Below, in pieces: positions 1 to 8,879 of a stretch of DNA of 64,000 bases. A program made the translations under genes and the position numbers. The notes below the pieces were generated by a model, which was given only the letters and a program-made list of their open reading frames with translations, ran no database searches and was not told the origin of the DNA. Origin of the DNA: an uncultured Spirochaetales bacterium (GTDB lineage: Bacteria > Spirochaetota > Spirochaetia > SZUA-6); contig CAZQTC010000023.1 of NCBI GenBank assembly GCA_964596425.1, positions 69,367 to 133,366 on the forward strand, in the 5' to 3' direction. How positions within the stretch are numbered: the first letter of the stretch is position 1; the number at the start of each line of letters is the position of its first letter.

Positions 1-1
1 G

Positions 2-220
2 GGAATACTAATAGGGGTTCTCTCTGAGGAAAAAAAGATGACCCTGGACGATATTCTGTCTGAGGATTCCTCTGCTATTGACGAGTTTATAAAGCGAAAG
101 TTTGCCGAAGCAGAGATAGATCTGGCGGAGGAGGAAACTAAAGAAGAATTGCAGATAAAACTGAATCCTGGAAAGGATTATGTAATAAAAGATACAGATT
201 CGGCATTTATTTTGGGCTAG
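2..220 (+). CDS. Hypothetical protein, probably the C-terminal fragment of a gene that starts before the window. The frame is open from nt 2, with an in-frame ATG at 38.
   Basis: No stop codon between the window start and the ATG at 38. The product is acidic and low-complexity. It cannot be decided from this window whether the gene starts at 38 or upstream. Confidence 0.3.
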   Translation, partial: GILIGVLSEEKKMTLDDILSEDSSAIDEFIKRKFAEAEIDLAEEETKEELQIKLNPGKDYVIKDTDSAFILG

Positions 221-283
221 CAGCTTTTTAGTTTGGAAATTTTTATTGGGTCTGGTGTGAGTCTTACACGGGCGAGGGAGGAT

Positions 284-796
284 ATGAGTAAAAAGAAGGG
301 TATCGAGAGTTTTAAGAGGATAGGAATTCTCTCCGATCTTACAGAGGAAGAGTTAGAAGAGGTATATAAAATCGCAAAGAAGGTTGAGTTTCCTGCAGGG
401 GCTGTGATTATGAAAGAGGGAGAGGTGGGGGATTCGATGTTTCTCTTTCTTGAGGGAGAGGTGGAGGTGAGTAAAAATCTTACTCTAAAGATTGGTAAAA
501 AGGGGTTTAGTCAGGCTGAGAAATCTATGGTCAAGTTAAATGCAAAGTATGTATCGTTCTTTGGAGAGATGGCGATGTTCGAAAACGATACGAGAAGTGC
601 AACTATTACCGCTAAGACGGATTGTTTGCTGTATGAGATTAAGAGGAAAGATTTTGAAAGGCTCTGTGAAACTAGACCGGAGATAGGATACAAAGTTATA
701 AGGCGAATAGCGACTGTTCTATCCCAGAGGGTGAGGAAGGGAAATCAGGATATCCTTAAGTTAACCACTGCGTTGAGTATAGCTCTTTCTAAGTAG
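284..796 (+). CDS. Cyclic nucleotide-binding (cNMP) domain protein, stand-alone with no HTH.
   Basis: Carries a 'FGEMAMF...RSATITA' phosphate-binding-cassette-like motif. ATG at 284 is preceded by GGGAGGA. The ORF track starts at 233, but 284 has the better SD. Confidence 0.65.
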   Translation: MSKKKGIESFKRIGILSDLTEEELEEVYKIAKKVEFPAGAVIMKEGEVGDSMFLFLEGEVEVSKNLTLKIGKKGFSQAEKSMVKLNAKYVSFFGEMAMFENDTRSATITAKTDCLLYEIKRKDFERLCETRPEIGYKVIRRIATVLSQRVRKGNQDILKLTTALSIALSK

Positions 797-853
797 GACT
801 TAAATGTAGATGGGGGAACTTGGGAAGAGGTTTGTAAAGAGGGGAGTAGGAAA

Positions 854-1429
854 GTGCTTTTAAAGAATCGCGTGCGTGTAAGGATTTTTTTATTTCTGTT
901 TGCACTTTTCCTCTTGGATTTTGTGGGGATTTGTGGCGGGTGGAGTCAGTCCACTATTGGAAGTGTTATCCCTAAAGGATTTCAGAATATTCGTTTGGGT
1001 GATAGTGTAGATAACGTTAAGGCCCTTTTAAAGAAGAGTGTGTACTTCTACTACAGAGGTGATCCTGATGTTAGCTTTTTGCCAGAAACAGAGCAGACGC
1101 TCATAGAGGTTTCTGGAAGACACTATATAAAGCGTGGATACTTTCAGTTTAAAAATGGAAGGTTGGTTGTTATTATTATAGAGTTAAACAGGGACAATTT
1201 GGATTACTATACGATGTACAAAGCCCTTACCAATAAGTATGGCAATCCAACTTCTCTGTCTCCCTCCGAAGCTGTGTGGGATTTCAAGGGTGTAAGACTC
1301 TCCCTGGAAAAACCTCTTAGTGTGAAATATATGAGGGTAATCGGAAGTGAAGAATCTCCTGGAAATGTTGAAAATCTTGGCAAAGAGTATGAAACTGAGG
1401 CATTGAAGGAGTTTTTGGGTCAATTCTGA
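854..1429 (+). CDS. Hypothetical secreted protein or lipoprotein.
   Basis: GTG start after an SD. N-terminal hydrophobic signal peptide 'IFLFLFALFLLDFVGICGG'. Confidence 0.45.
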   Translation: MLLKNRVRVRIFLFLFALFLLDFVGICGGWSQSTIGSVIPKGFQNIRLGDSVDNVKALLKKSVYFYYRGDPDVSFLPETEQTLIEVSGRHYIKRGYFQFKNGRLVVIIIELNRDNLDYYTMYKALTNKYGNPTSLSPSEAVWDFKGVRLSLEKPLSVKYMRVIGSEESPGNVENLGKEYETEALKEFLGQF

Positions 1430-2622
1430 TGGAAATTGTAGTAGTGAACGGAAAGGGTGAGGGGCTTATAAGAAATTTTAGACATCCGTGGATCTATAGA
1501 GGGGCTGTTAAGGATATAGTTGGTAATGTTAGTAATGGCTCTGTAGTGAGGGTTGTCTCTGAGGATAAAACCACACTCGGATGGGGTTTTTATTCTCAGA
1601 ATAGTCTAATTGCTCTCCGCTTGTTTGATTTTTCCGGAGATGAGCTTGCTAAAGATTGGCTTGAACGGAAAATTGAGAGCGCCTACCAGTTACGTAGGTG
1701 CTTCACTCTTAATAGTAACGCGTACAGACTTATCAATTCTGAGGGAGATATGTTTCCCGGTCTTGTCGCTGATGTTTACAATGGGTCTGTGGTGATAAAA
1801 CCTCAAGTGAGAGCAGTTGAGGTTTTGCTTGGTAGAATTATTGATGTTATAAGAAAGATTTTCCCGGATAAAAAGGTATACCTGAAACGGGACGAGAGGG
1901 CGGCGCGGGTAGAGGGGCTTGAAAGACTCTCCGGCTATCTTGTGGGAGAGGGAGACGGAAGGGATATTATAGAGGAGAACGGGATTAAATTTATAGTGGA
2001 TTATGCGAGGGGACAGAAAACTGGTTTTTATCTGGATCAGCGGGAGAATAGGGCAATTATGCTTGAGATATCCCGCAAAAAGAGAGTCCTGAATCTGTTT
2101 TCGTATACTGGTGGTTTTTCTCTCTACGCTATTAAGGGAAGGGCTACTCAAGTGACCTCTGTGGAGAGCTCCGGGTATGCAGTGGAGTTGTCCAGGAGGA
2201 ATTTGGAACTTAATGAGGGGGGATTTATTGGGGAAACGGGATGTGAAATACCGATTGAATGGATAAAGGGTAATGCAATGAATTTTATCTCGGGTATGGA
2301 GAGCGGGCAGTACGATATTATTGTTTTAGATCCACCTCCGTTTGCAAGGAGGCAGGGTGAGTTGAAGGGGGCTATTCGGGGGTATTCTGAATTGAATTAT
2401 AATGCCATCGAAAAAGTTAGCTCCGGGGGCTTTATTCTAACTTTTTCCTGTTCAGGGGTTGTTACAAGGGAAATTTTTAGAGATATTATTTTTAAACAGG
2501 CCATTAGAGCCAGGAGAGATGTTAGAATAGTGAGGGATTTGTATCCGCCGCCAGATCATCCGGTTTATCTCTTTCATCCGGAGGGCGAATATCTAAAGGG
2601 GTTCTTGCTGTATGTGGAGTAA
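1429..2622 (+). CDS. rlmI: Class I SAM-dependent 23S rRNA (cytosine-C5) methyltransferase, RlmI/YccW family (PUA plus methyltransferase).
   Basis: Motifs 'LNLFSYTGGFS' and 'VLDPPPFAR' are typical of RlmI-like methyltransferases. The start overlaps the upstream stop. Confidence 0.75.
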   Translation: MEIVVVNGKGEGLIRNFRHPWIYRGAVKDIVGNVSNGSVVRVVSEDKTTLGWGFYSQNSLIALRLFDFSGDELAKDWLERKIESAYQLRRCFTLNSNAYRLINSEGDMFPGLVADVYNGSVVIKPQVRAVEVLLGRIIDVIRKIFPDKKVYLKRDERAARVEGLERLSGYLVGEGDGRDIIEENGIKFIVDYARGQKTGFYLDQRENRAIMLEISRKKRVLNLFSYTGGFSLYAIKGRATQVTSVESSGYAVELSRRNLELNEGGFIGETGCEIPIEWIKGNAMNFISGMESGQYDIIVLDPPPFARRQGELKGAIRGYSELNYNAIEKVSSGGFILTFSCSGVVTREIFRDIIFKQAIRARRDVRIVRDLYPPPDHPVYLFHPEGEYLKGFLLYVE

Positions 2623-3049
2623 GAGAGGTATTTATGTCTCCATATTTTTCTCTGTTGTAATTACTCTTTTCTCCTGTGCTAAAGGATTAGAGGTTATACC
2701 TGTGGAGATAAAGGGACACAGGTTTCTTGTAGAGGTTGCAAAGACCCCAAAACAGCGTGAAAGGGGACTTATGTATAGAAAGCATCTGGATAGTAATAGG
2801 GGTATGTTGTTTGTATTTGATAGGGATGAGCGTCTTACGTTTTGGATGAAAAACACCTATATTCCCCTTTCCATAGCCTTCCTGTCGGAGGACGGAAAAA
2901 TTTTGCAGATAGAGAATATGAAACCCCTATCTGAAAAAATTATTGAATCCCGGCACTACGCCAGATATGCTCTTGAACTTGCACAGGGTAGTTTTAAGCG
3001 TGTGGGAGCAAAAGTGGGAGATTATGTAAGGTTTCTTAAAAATTTTTAG
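2612..3049 (+). CDS. DUF192 (COG1430) domain protein with an N-terminal signal or lipoprotein peptide.
   Basis: 'RERGLMYR...GMLFVF...FWMKNTYIPLSIAF' matches the DUF192 signature. Confidence 0.6.
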   Translation: MWSKRGIYVSIFFSVVITLFSCAKGLEVIPVEIKGHRFLVEVAKTPKQRERGLMYRKHLDSNRGMLFVFDRDERLTFWMKNTYIPLSIAFLSEDGKILQIENMKPLSEKIIESRHYARYALELAQGSFKRVGAKVGDYVRFLKNF

Positions 3050-3300
3050 CTGTTTTCTTCCCCGCTGTTTTCTGAAAGTTCCGGGAACAATTCGAATTTC
3101 GGTTCCTCTTTCTCTCTTTCAGGGTTATTTATTAGTATTTGAATTTTTCTTTCGTATTTTGAAAGTTCTTTTTCCAGCTTTTTGGCTATTGTGATTCCCT
3201 CTTCGAATATTGCCATTGCCTCTTCCAGTGGTACCTCTCCACTCTTAAGTTTTTCAGCCAGTTCTTCAAGACGTTTTAGATTTTCTTCGAACGATTTCAT
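3046..3300 (-). CDS. xseB: Exodeoxyribonuclease VII small subunit.
   Basis: An 84-aa helical protein with the 'LEEAMAIFEEGITIAKKLEKEL' XseB signature. It overlaps xseA by 4 nt. Confidence 0.85.
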   Translation of the reverse strand: MKSFEENLKRLEELAEKLKSGEVPLEEAMAIFEEGITIAKKLEKELSKYERKIQILINNPEREKEEPKFELFPELSENSGEENS

Positions 3301-4526
3301 TTTTTTTCTCCTTGATTCTCGACTGCTGTAACTGTGGCATCAAGCTTGCCTTGGTAGAGTGTTATATTAAGTGTATCCTGTAGGCTTACACCCTTGGTCG
3401 TCCTTAAAATCTTGCCGGTTTTCTTATTCTCCACAATGGCGAATCCCCTTCTTAGCGTTTCCTGGGGAGAGCTTGATATAATGGTGTTAATTGCAATTTC
3501 CGCCCTATGCTTTTTATCTTTAAATATATGAGCTATACTGTTTATTATTTGTTCTCGTGCGTCATCCAGTCTTATTGTATAACGCTCTACCATGAGTTTA
3601 AAGTACCGGTTTAGATTCTCTGTGGTGAAGTTGTTCATAATGAGTCTGTAGCGTTCTAAACGTTGTTTTATCTGCGATAGCAGAAAGTTTTCGAGATAAG
3701 TTACCTTTGCAAGTAGTTCCTCCCTTGAAGCAGAAACCATCTCTGCGGCAGCAGATGGGGTTGGCGCTCTTACATCTGCGGCAAGGTCTGATATTGTCAC
3801 ATCGATTTCGTGCCCTACAGCTGAGATAACGGGAATTTCGGATTCTGCTATTGCTCGTGCTACGCTTTCTTCGTAGAAGGGTAGCAAATCCTCCAAAGAT
3901 CCCCCACCCCGTGTTACAATTATCACATCACCTAACTTGTACTTATTGGCTACCCTCAACTGTTGGGAGATTATCTCTGCTGCATCATCCCCCTGTACCG
4001 GAGCGGGAAGTATTATAAGGTTTATCCCCATGTTTCGTCTTTTTAGGACTCGCAAAATATCCCTTATTGCTGCTCCTGTCGGTGAGGTTATAACAGCTAT
4101 TCTGTTTGGCATAATAGGGATGGGTTTCTTTCTGGACTGATCGAATAGTCCCTCTGCCTGAAGTTTGCGTTTTCTTTCCTCTATCAGGGCCAGGATATCT
4201 CCCTCACCGGCCAATTCTACCGTTTCGCATATGAGTTGATAGGTTCCCCTTTTGGGGTAGACGGATATGGCTCCTTTGGCTATTACCACCATTCCATCGG
4301 TAAGCTTAAAGTTGAGGTTTGGTATTCTACTCTTGAACATGACAACGGATATTAAAGCATCGTTGTCCTTTAAGCTAAAGTAGTAGTGACCTGTACTGGA
4401 TGGGCGGAAATTAGATATTTCACCCTTTATCGCTACCTCTGGAAATTCGTCTTCAAGTATCGTGCGTATTATTGTGGTTATCTGAGAAACGGTGTAAAAA
4501 CTTTGATTCTTCTCCTTATGCTGCAT
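3297..4526 (-). CDS. xseA: Exodeoxyribonuclease VII large subunit.
   Basis: N-terminal OB fold and the 'VTRGGGSLEDL' motif. It is translationally coupled to xseB. Confidence 0.9.
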   Translation of the reverse strand: MQHKEKNQSFYTVSQITTIIRTILEDEFPEVAIKGEISNFRPSSTGHYYFSLKDNDALISVVMFKSRIPNLNFKLTDGMVVIAKGAISVYPKRGTYQLICETVELAGEGDILALIEERKRKLQAEGLFDQSRKKPIPIMPNRIAVITSPTGAAIRDILRVLKRRNMGINLIILPAPVQGDDAAEIISQQLRVANKYKLGDVIIVTRGGGSLEDLLPFYEESVARAIAESEIPVISAVGHEIDVTISDLAADVRAPTPSAAAEMVSASREELLAKVTYLENFLLSQIKQRLERYRLIMNNFTTENLNRYFKLMVERYTIRLDDAREQIINSIAHIFKDKKHRAEIAINTIISSSPQETLRRGFAIVENKKTGKILRTTKGVSLQDTLNITLYQGKLDATVTAVENQGEKK

Positions 4527-4596
4527 AGGAAGAGGTTACAGTTTTTATATAGGCTTTGCAATCACCTTTTGTATAAAAGCTTCTCAAAAGCGTCTG

Positions 4597-5865
4597 TTAG
4601 TTATTGTTAAATATGTCAAGGGGTGGGGGAGGGGCTCCTCCCTCCCATTTATCCTCGTACTCTGGGGAGAAGGGTTTCCCATAGAGGTACTCAAATAGAA
4701 ATCTGAAATCTTCCGGTGTGATTCTTAAAAACTGTACGCCAAAATAGTACATATCACTATCTTTGAATTTTCTCATCACCCTGCCACCGATTTTTAGTGC
4801 CCTGTTTTTTATCTTTATGGTAAGGTCTATATCGGTATGGATAAGAAGTTCTTTGCCTAATTCGGGGGATGGATGTGAAAAGAGAATTCCGGATGCACTC
4901 ATGTCTATAATCGGGGCCTCAAAGCGTTTTTCGCCTGTTGTTTCCGCTTTGAAATAACCGTTGATTTTAAGGGAGTAACAGAGAACCTTTGAAAACTCTT
5001 TCACATACTCAATTGTGTTTTCAGTTATTTTCCGTCGATTCTGTGTGTCATTCATCAGATAGATATAGCCGACTACATACTCGTTGTAGAGTATTGGTGT
5101 ATAGAGTTCCGAAAAGATGCCTTTTTTATTTTTTTCGTACAGGATATTGGCTAATTTGCTTGTTATGATATAAGGTGGGGTACCCAGCGATTCCTCGTAT
5201 TTTATAAGGTCTCTCTTCACAATTACAGTCTCTTCTGGAAAGGGATCTTTTAGAGGAAAATCCTCCTCTGTTGATGGAATCCATAGGGATTTATTTGTTC
5301 TTACGATTAATTTTTCTTCGTATGTTCTGGGGAGTTTATCTCTGAACATGTTTATTTTATTGGTTGCAACAATAATCGCTATTTTCTTTTTAAAATCCTT
5401 TACCAGTATGTCCAGCCTTTTAGGATCAAATTTTTCCGAGTACTTGGGCTCTTCTACCTGTTGATATCCGGAGGATTTTGGAAAATTTAACTCTACTTTT
5501 TTACCCTTTAGCGTGAAAGAAACATTTATTCCCTCCGGCATCTTTATGCGCTCGTATTTCCTCTGTAGGTTTTTATAAACCCCTGGGGGATGTTTGAGGA
5601 TTAATTTTTGGTCTTCAACTCCCAGAATTGTTGAATTAAATGTATGGTAGTTATTCTTTAGATAAAAAAATGCTCTTACTTCTTCTCCCTCGGTAAAACT
5701 TTCTAACGATTTGTTTTGTCCCTCCAGAATCAACCTATCTTCATCCGCCTCTACCACTACTCCGACGTACTCTTTTTTATTGCCATGAATTTCAATGGGA
5801 ATTTTCTCGTCAATTAATGCCTTAAATACAAATTCCTTTTCAATTCTTCCTACCTGTGTTCCCAT
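4597..5865 (-). CDS. PilZ-like domain protein, a putative c-di-GMP receptor with YcgR-like architecture.
   Basis: An internal 'QRKYER' RxxxR-like motif and a C-terminal 'EKRFEAPIIDMSASGILF' that resembles the PilZ DxSxxG strand. The canonical RxxxR is missing before the second motif. Confidence 0.45.
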   Translation of the reverse strand: MGTQVGRIEKEFVFKALIDEKIPIEIHGNKKEYVGVVVEADEDRLILEGQNKSLESFTEGEEVRAFFYLKNNYHTFNSTILGVEDQKLILKHPPGVYKNLQRKYERIKMPEGINVSFTLKGKKVELNFPKSSGYQQVEEPKYSEKFDPKRLDILVKDFKKKIAIIVATNKINMFRDKLPRTYEEKLIVRTNKSLWIPSTEEDFPLKDPFPEETVIVKRDLIKYEESLGTPPYIITSKLANILYEKNKKGIFSELYTPILYNEYVVGYIYLMNDTQNRRKITENTIEYVKEFSKVLCYSLKINGYFKAETTGEKRFEAPIIDMSASGILFSHPSPELGKELLIHTDIDLTIKIKNRALKIGGRVMRKFKDSDMYYFGVQFLRITPEDFRFLFEYLYGKPFSPEYEDKWEGGAPPPPLDIFNNN

Positions 5866-5901
5866 ACTCCCCCTCGACTTCTGTGATGTGTGTTTATCAC
5901 C

Positions 5902-7383
5902 TTAATCTTTTGAAGTTGTTACTACTAGATTAAAATTGATGTTGTGTCCTGTAGGATTTATTCTGATTATATAATCCCCTGCTCCGAGCAATGAATCAAA
6001 TTTATTTTCTTTTTCTCTATTATATGGAACCTCACTCAAATCCGGCAAGGATAGGATTTGAAAATCGTATGTATTGGTAAGTCCAAGATCGAATATATAT
6101 TTATTTTGAGATATGATTCTGAGAATAACAAAAATGGGTTTATTCTCCTTTGTTAAAGAAACCCGGCTATCGGGAAATATTCTTGGAAGAGTTGTTTTTT
6201 TAAGTTCCATTGTGTAACTGATCGAGGTGTTCAACCTGTCAATTGCTTTTACCTCGGCCAGTATGCTTCCCTCTACGATAAAGAGTGCCGTGTATAGGTC
6301 GTAGGAGGGGTTTTCATCAGGGTTTTCGTAAATATTTTGTTGAGTTACAGAGGGTTTTAAACTGAAAAGTTTTTTATGGGCATTGTTGAAGAAATCTATT
6401 CGGAGTCTTCCGTTGGATTTACAGGAGAAGGTATAAAATGTTAAATTATCACCCTGGATTTTTATGGTTTCTTTTTCTCCTGCACTTATAACTCCTGTAA
6501 TAGGTGTTTGTTCCTTTAACACAGGGAGTATATTACCGTGAGTTGTTTTTCCTTCTGAAGTAGAAAAGCTTGCTGTAAGTTTGTAATTGCCCTCTACACC
6601 GGGTATTACCCCCTGTATAACTATAATATACACCCCGGGTGTCAATTGGATGTTTAGGTACACTCCTGTCCCGTCCTCACTCTCTTCACTGGCGGCAATT
6701 GGATAATTTTCGTCGTCTTTAAATAGGAGTGCCTGAAGGTTTATATTGGTTTTTACTGTAAGGTTTAAGGTTTTTGTTTTTCTTAACTGGAAGATAAACC
6801 TGTCAATATCATTTATTGCTAGGCTCCTCTCAAATATATTGGTTTCGCTTGTGCTCAGTTCTACCTCGAAACCGGGATTGTCATCAGGTTCAAATGGATC
6901 TTCTTTTACCTGGTTTTGATTGGGAGTTTCCCCTTCGGATACAGAAGGAATGGGAGATACCAGCGATTTTAAGAATGGACTCTTATCAACATCTACGTAT
7001 GTTCCTCCTATAAGTGTTTCGTCACTGTTGAAGATACGAATCAGAATTCTTATCTTTTCGTTGTACAGTTGAATATCCCCCCTTATCTGATACACCTGTG
7101 GTCCTGTATAGCCATCTTTTATTTTGGTTTGAGCGTACTTGTTGACAAGATAGAGTTCGAGAAGGTTTTTGATTCTTGTTCCTAGTGGAATATTCTCTCC
7201 AAAATCTACACTGAAGGTATCTACCGAGATGATATTTCCCTTGAGATCTGGTATTTTTGTCATAATGTAGGAGCCCAGTTTTTGCACTATCCCATCGATG
7301 GTGGTAAGCGAATCGGCGCTTAGGAGACCTCTCAGAGAGAGTAAGAGAAGAACTGTTAAAAATATCTCTTTTAGTTTTTTCAT
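5902..7383 (-). CDS. Hypothetical secreted protein.
   Basis: Signal peptide 'MKKLKEIFLTVLLLLSLRGLLSA'. No recognisable catalytic motifs. Confidence 0.5.
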   Translation of the reverse strand: MKKLKEIFLTVLLLLSLRGLLSADSLTTIDGIVQKLGSYIMTKIPDLKGNIISVDTFSVDFGENIPLGTRIKNLLELYLVNKYAQTKIKDGYTGPQVYQIRGDIQLYNEKIRILIRIFNSDETLIGGTYVDVDKSPFLKSLVSPIPSVSEGETPNQNQVKEDPFEPDDNPGFEVELSTSETNIFERSLAINDIDRFIFQLRKTKTLNLTVKTNINLQALLFKDDENYPIAASEESEDGTGVYLNIQLTPGVYIIVIQGVIPGVEGNYKLTASFSTSEGKTTHGNILPVLKEQTPITGVISAGEKETIKIQGDNLTFYTFSCKSNGRLRIDFFNNAHKKLFSLKPSVTQQNIYENPDENPSYDLYTALFIVEGSILAEVKAIDRLNTSISYTMELKKTTLPRIFPDSRVSLTKENKPIFVILRIISQNKYIFDLGLTNTYDFQILSLPDLSEVPYNREKENKFDSLLGAGDYIIRINPTGHNINFNLVVTTSKD

Positions 7384-7458
7384 CTTTTTACTATATTTGC
7401 TACTATAATAATATAATATATTGCAATGAATTAGAAATTATTTTTTTATTTTACCCTC

Positions 7459-8028
7459 CTATAATCCCAATTCTTCTGCAATTTCTTGCATACTCTTGAC
7501 TGATAGTTCTGCAAATTCGTTTATATCTAGACCTATTTTCTCACAGAGAAGTATGTTTTCTCTCGATACTTTTCTTGCAAAGTCCTTTTTTTTCATTCTT
7601 TTTACGACTGAGGAGGGTTTAACGGAGCTTAATTTTTTGTCTGGCATTACGAGGGCCGTAGCCACGATAAGTCCGGTAATGGTTTCCCCGCAGGTGAGGG
7701 CGTAGTCGAGCTTGGTTTTTCTTTCAAGGTTGAGTCCCTCGGCGTTGTGTGCCCTTATTGCCTGGATGTACTCTTCTTTGTTAATTCCCTCTTCTCTTAG
7801 TATTTCAGCCGCCTTGTTACCGTGTATCTTCGGATCCTGAACTATATCAAAATCAATATCATGGAGCAAACCCACCACACCCCATGTATCTTCATCTTCG
7901 TCTAAGCGTCTTGCCAGGGCTCGCATGACAGCCTCGGTTGCAAGGCTATGTTTTCTTAACCATTCGCTTTTTACGTATTTGTCCAGTAGTTGCAATGCTT
8001 TGTCTCTCTCTACAAAGTCGTTTGCCAT
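7459..8028 (-). CDS. HD-domain metal-dependent phosphohydrolase.
   Basis: Contains 'LLHDIDFD' and 'H..LATEAV' HD motifs. Start chosen at the ATG at 8028, which is preceded by GGGAGGA. The upstream ATG at 8043 overlaps that SD. Confidence 0.7.
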   Translation of the reverse strand: MANDFVERDKALQLLDKYVKSEWLRKHSLATEAVMRALARRLDEDEDTWGVVGLLHDIDFDIVQDPKIHGNKAAEILREEGINKEEYIQAIRAHNAEGLNLERKTKLDYALTCGETITGLIVATALVMPDKKLSSVKPSSVVKRMKKKDFARKVSRENILLCEKIGLDINEFAELSVKSMQEIAEELGL

Positions 8029-8052
8029 TTTTTCCTCCCACATCTTTGGTAT

Positions 8053-8781
8053 TTATTCGTTACTCTTTAGCATCCACTCAAACGTAGAGGGATTAAAGGG
8101 TTTCGTTTCGGTTTTTTTACGAGTTGTCTCTCTTTCAGTAAGGGCGTTAAAGTTGATTTGAATATTTCGAATAAACCATTTTTTGTTCTCACTTGTTAGA
8201 TATACCTGCCCCTCTGTGCTCCCCACTTTACCTATTAGGCGCACATTGGCGGTTATCAGATTATTGTTAGTAACAATTTTCCCTATCCTGTAGAATATAG
8301 GAATTTGATGTGCTTTTAAATGGTAGTTTATCAATTTTACCATACTTTCTCGTTCTACGGGTTCGATTATCCCTTTGTTAACCTTTCCATGCTTTAAAGA
8401 GTCTAGAAATTTTTTTATAACTTCATACTGAATGTAGGTTGTTTTATCTAGGTCAAATTTTTTTTGAAGTTTCCCAATCTTAAAATCTTCGGGAATTATA
8501 AAATCTCCGGCTCTATCCTTTAGAAAGTTGGTTCCCCCGCCGATATATTCAACATTTGAGGTTTCAGTGCTCTTTTTGGAGCCCTTTGTTTCTCCGAGTG
8601 TTATTATATTTTTTTTGGATGTTTCAGGTTGTTTCGACTTGATTTCTGATGTTTTTTCCTTTGTGCGTTTCTCGGTAGTTGGTTGAAAATTGGCTTTTGG
8701 CGTTGTGGAACCTTTTTTAGTACAGGATGCAATGGAAGAGAAAATTATAAGTAATATGATAAAGCCTGTAAGCCTTTTCAT
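8053..8781 (-). CDS. Hypothetical lipoprotein.
   Basis: Signal peptide with the lipobox 'SSIASC', followed by a Lys/Thr-rich linker. Confidence 0.5.
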   Translation of the reverse strand: MKRLTGFIILLIIFSSIASCTKKGSTTPKANFQPTTEKRTKEKTSEIKSKQPETSKKNIITLGETKGSKKSTETSNVEYIGGGTNFLKDRAGDFIIPEDFKIGKLQKKFDLDKTTYIQYEVIKKFLDSLKHGKVNKGIIEPVERESMVKLINYHLKAHQIPIFYRIGKIVTNNNLITANVRLIGKVGSTEGQVYLTSENKKWFIRNIQINFNALTERETTRKKTETKPFNPSTFEWMLKSNE

Positions 8782-8879
8782 ATTTAATTATTATCAAATC
8801 AAATCAACTTGGTCAAACACTGGACATTGACGGGTCTTACTATATAAAATTGTACTGCAAATTTGAAGAGGAGGAATAG

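Noticed and set aside
38-220. The first ORF as an independent 60-aa gene.
   Set aside because: The reading frame is open back to nt 2 with no stop. It is more conservatively treated as the 3' end of a gene that begins before the window. This cannot be resolved here.
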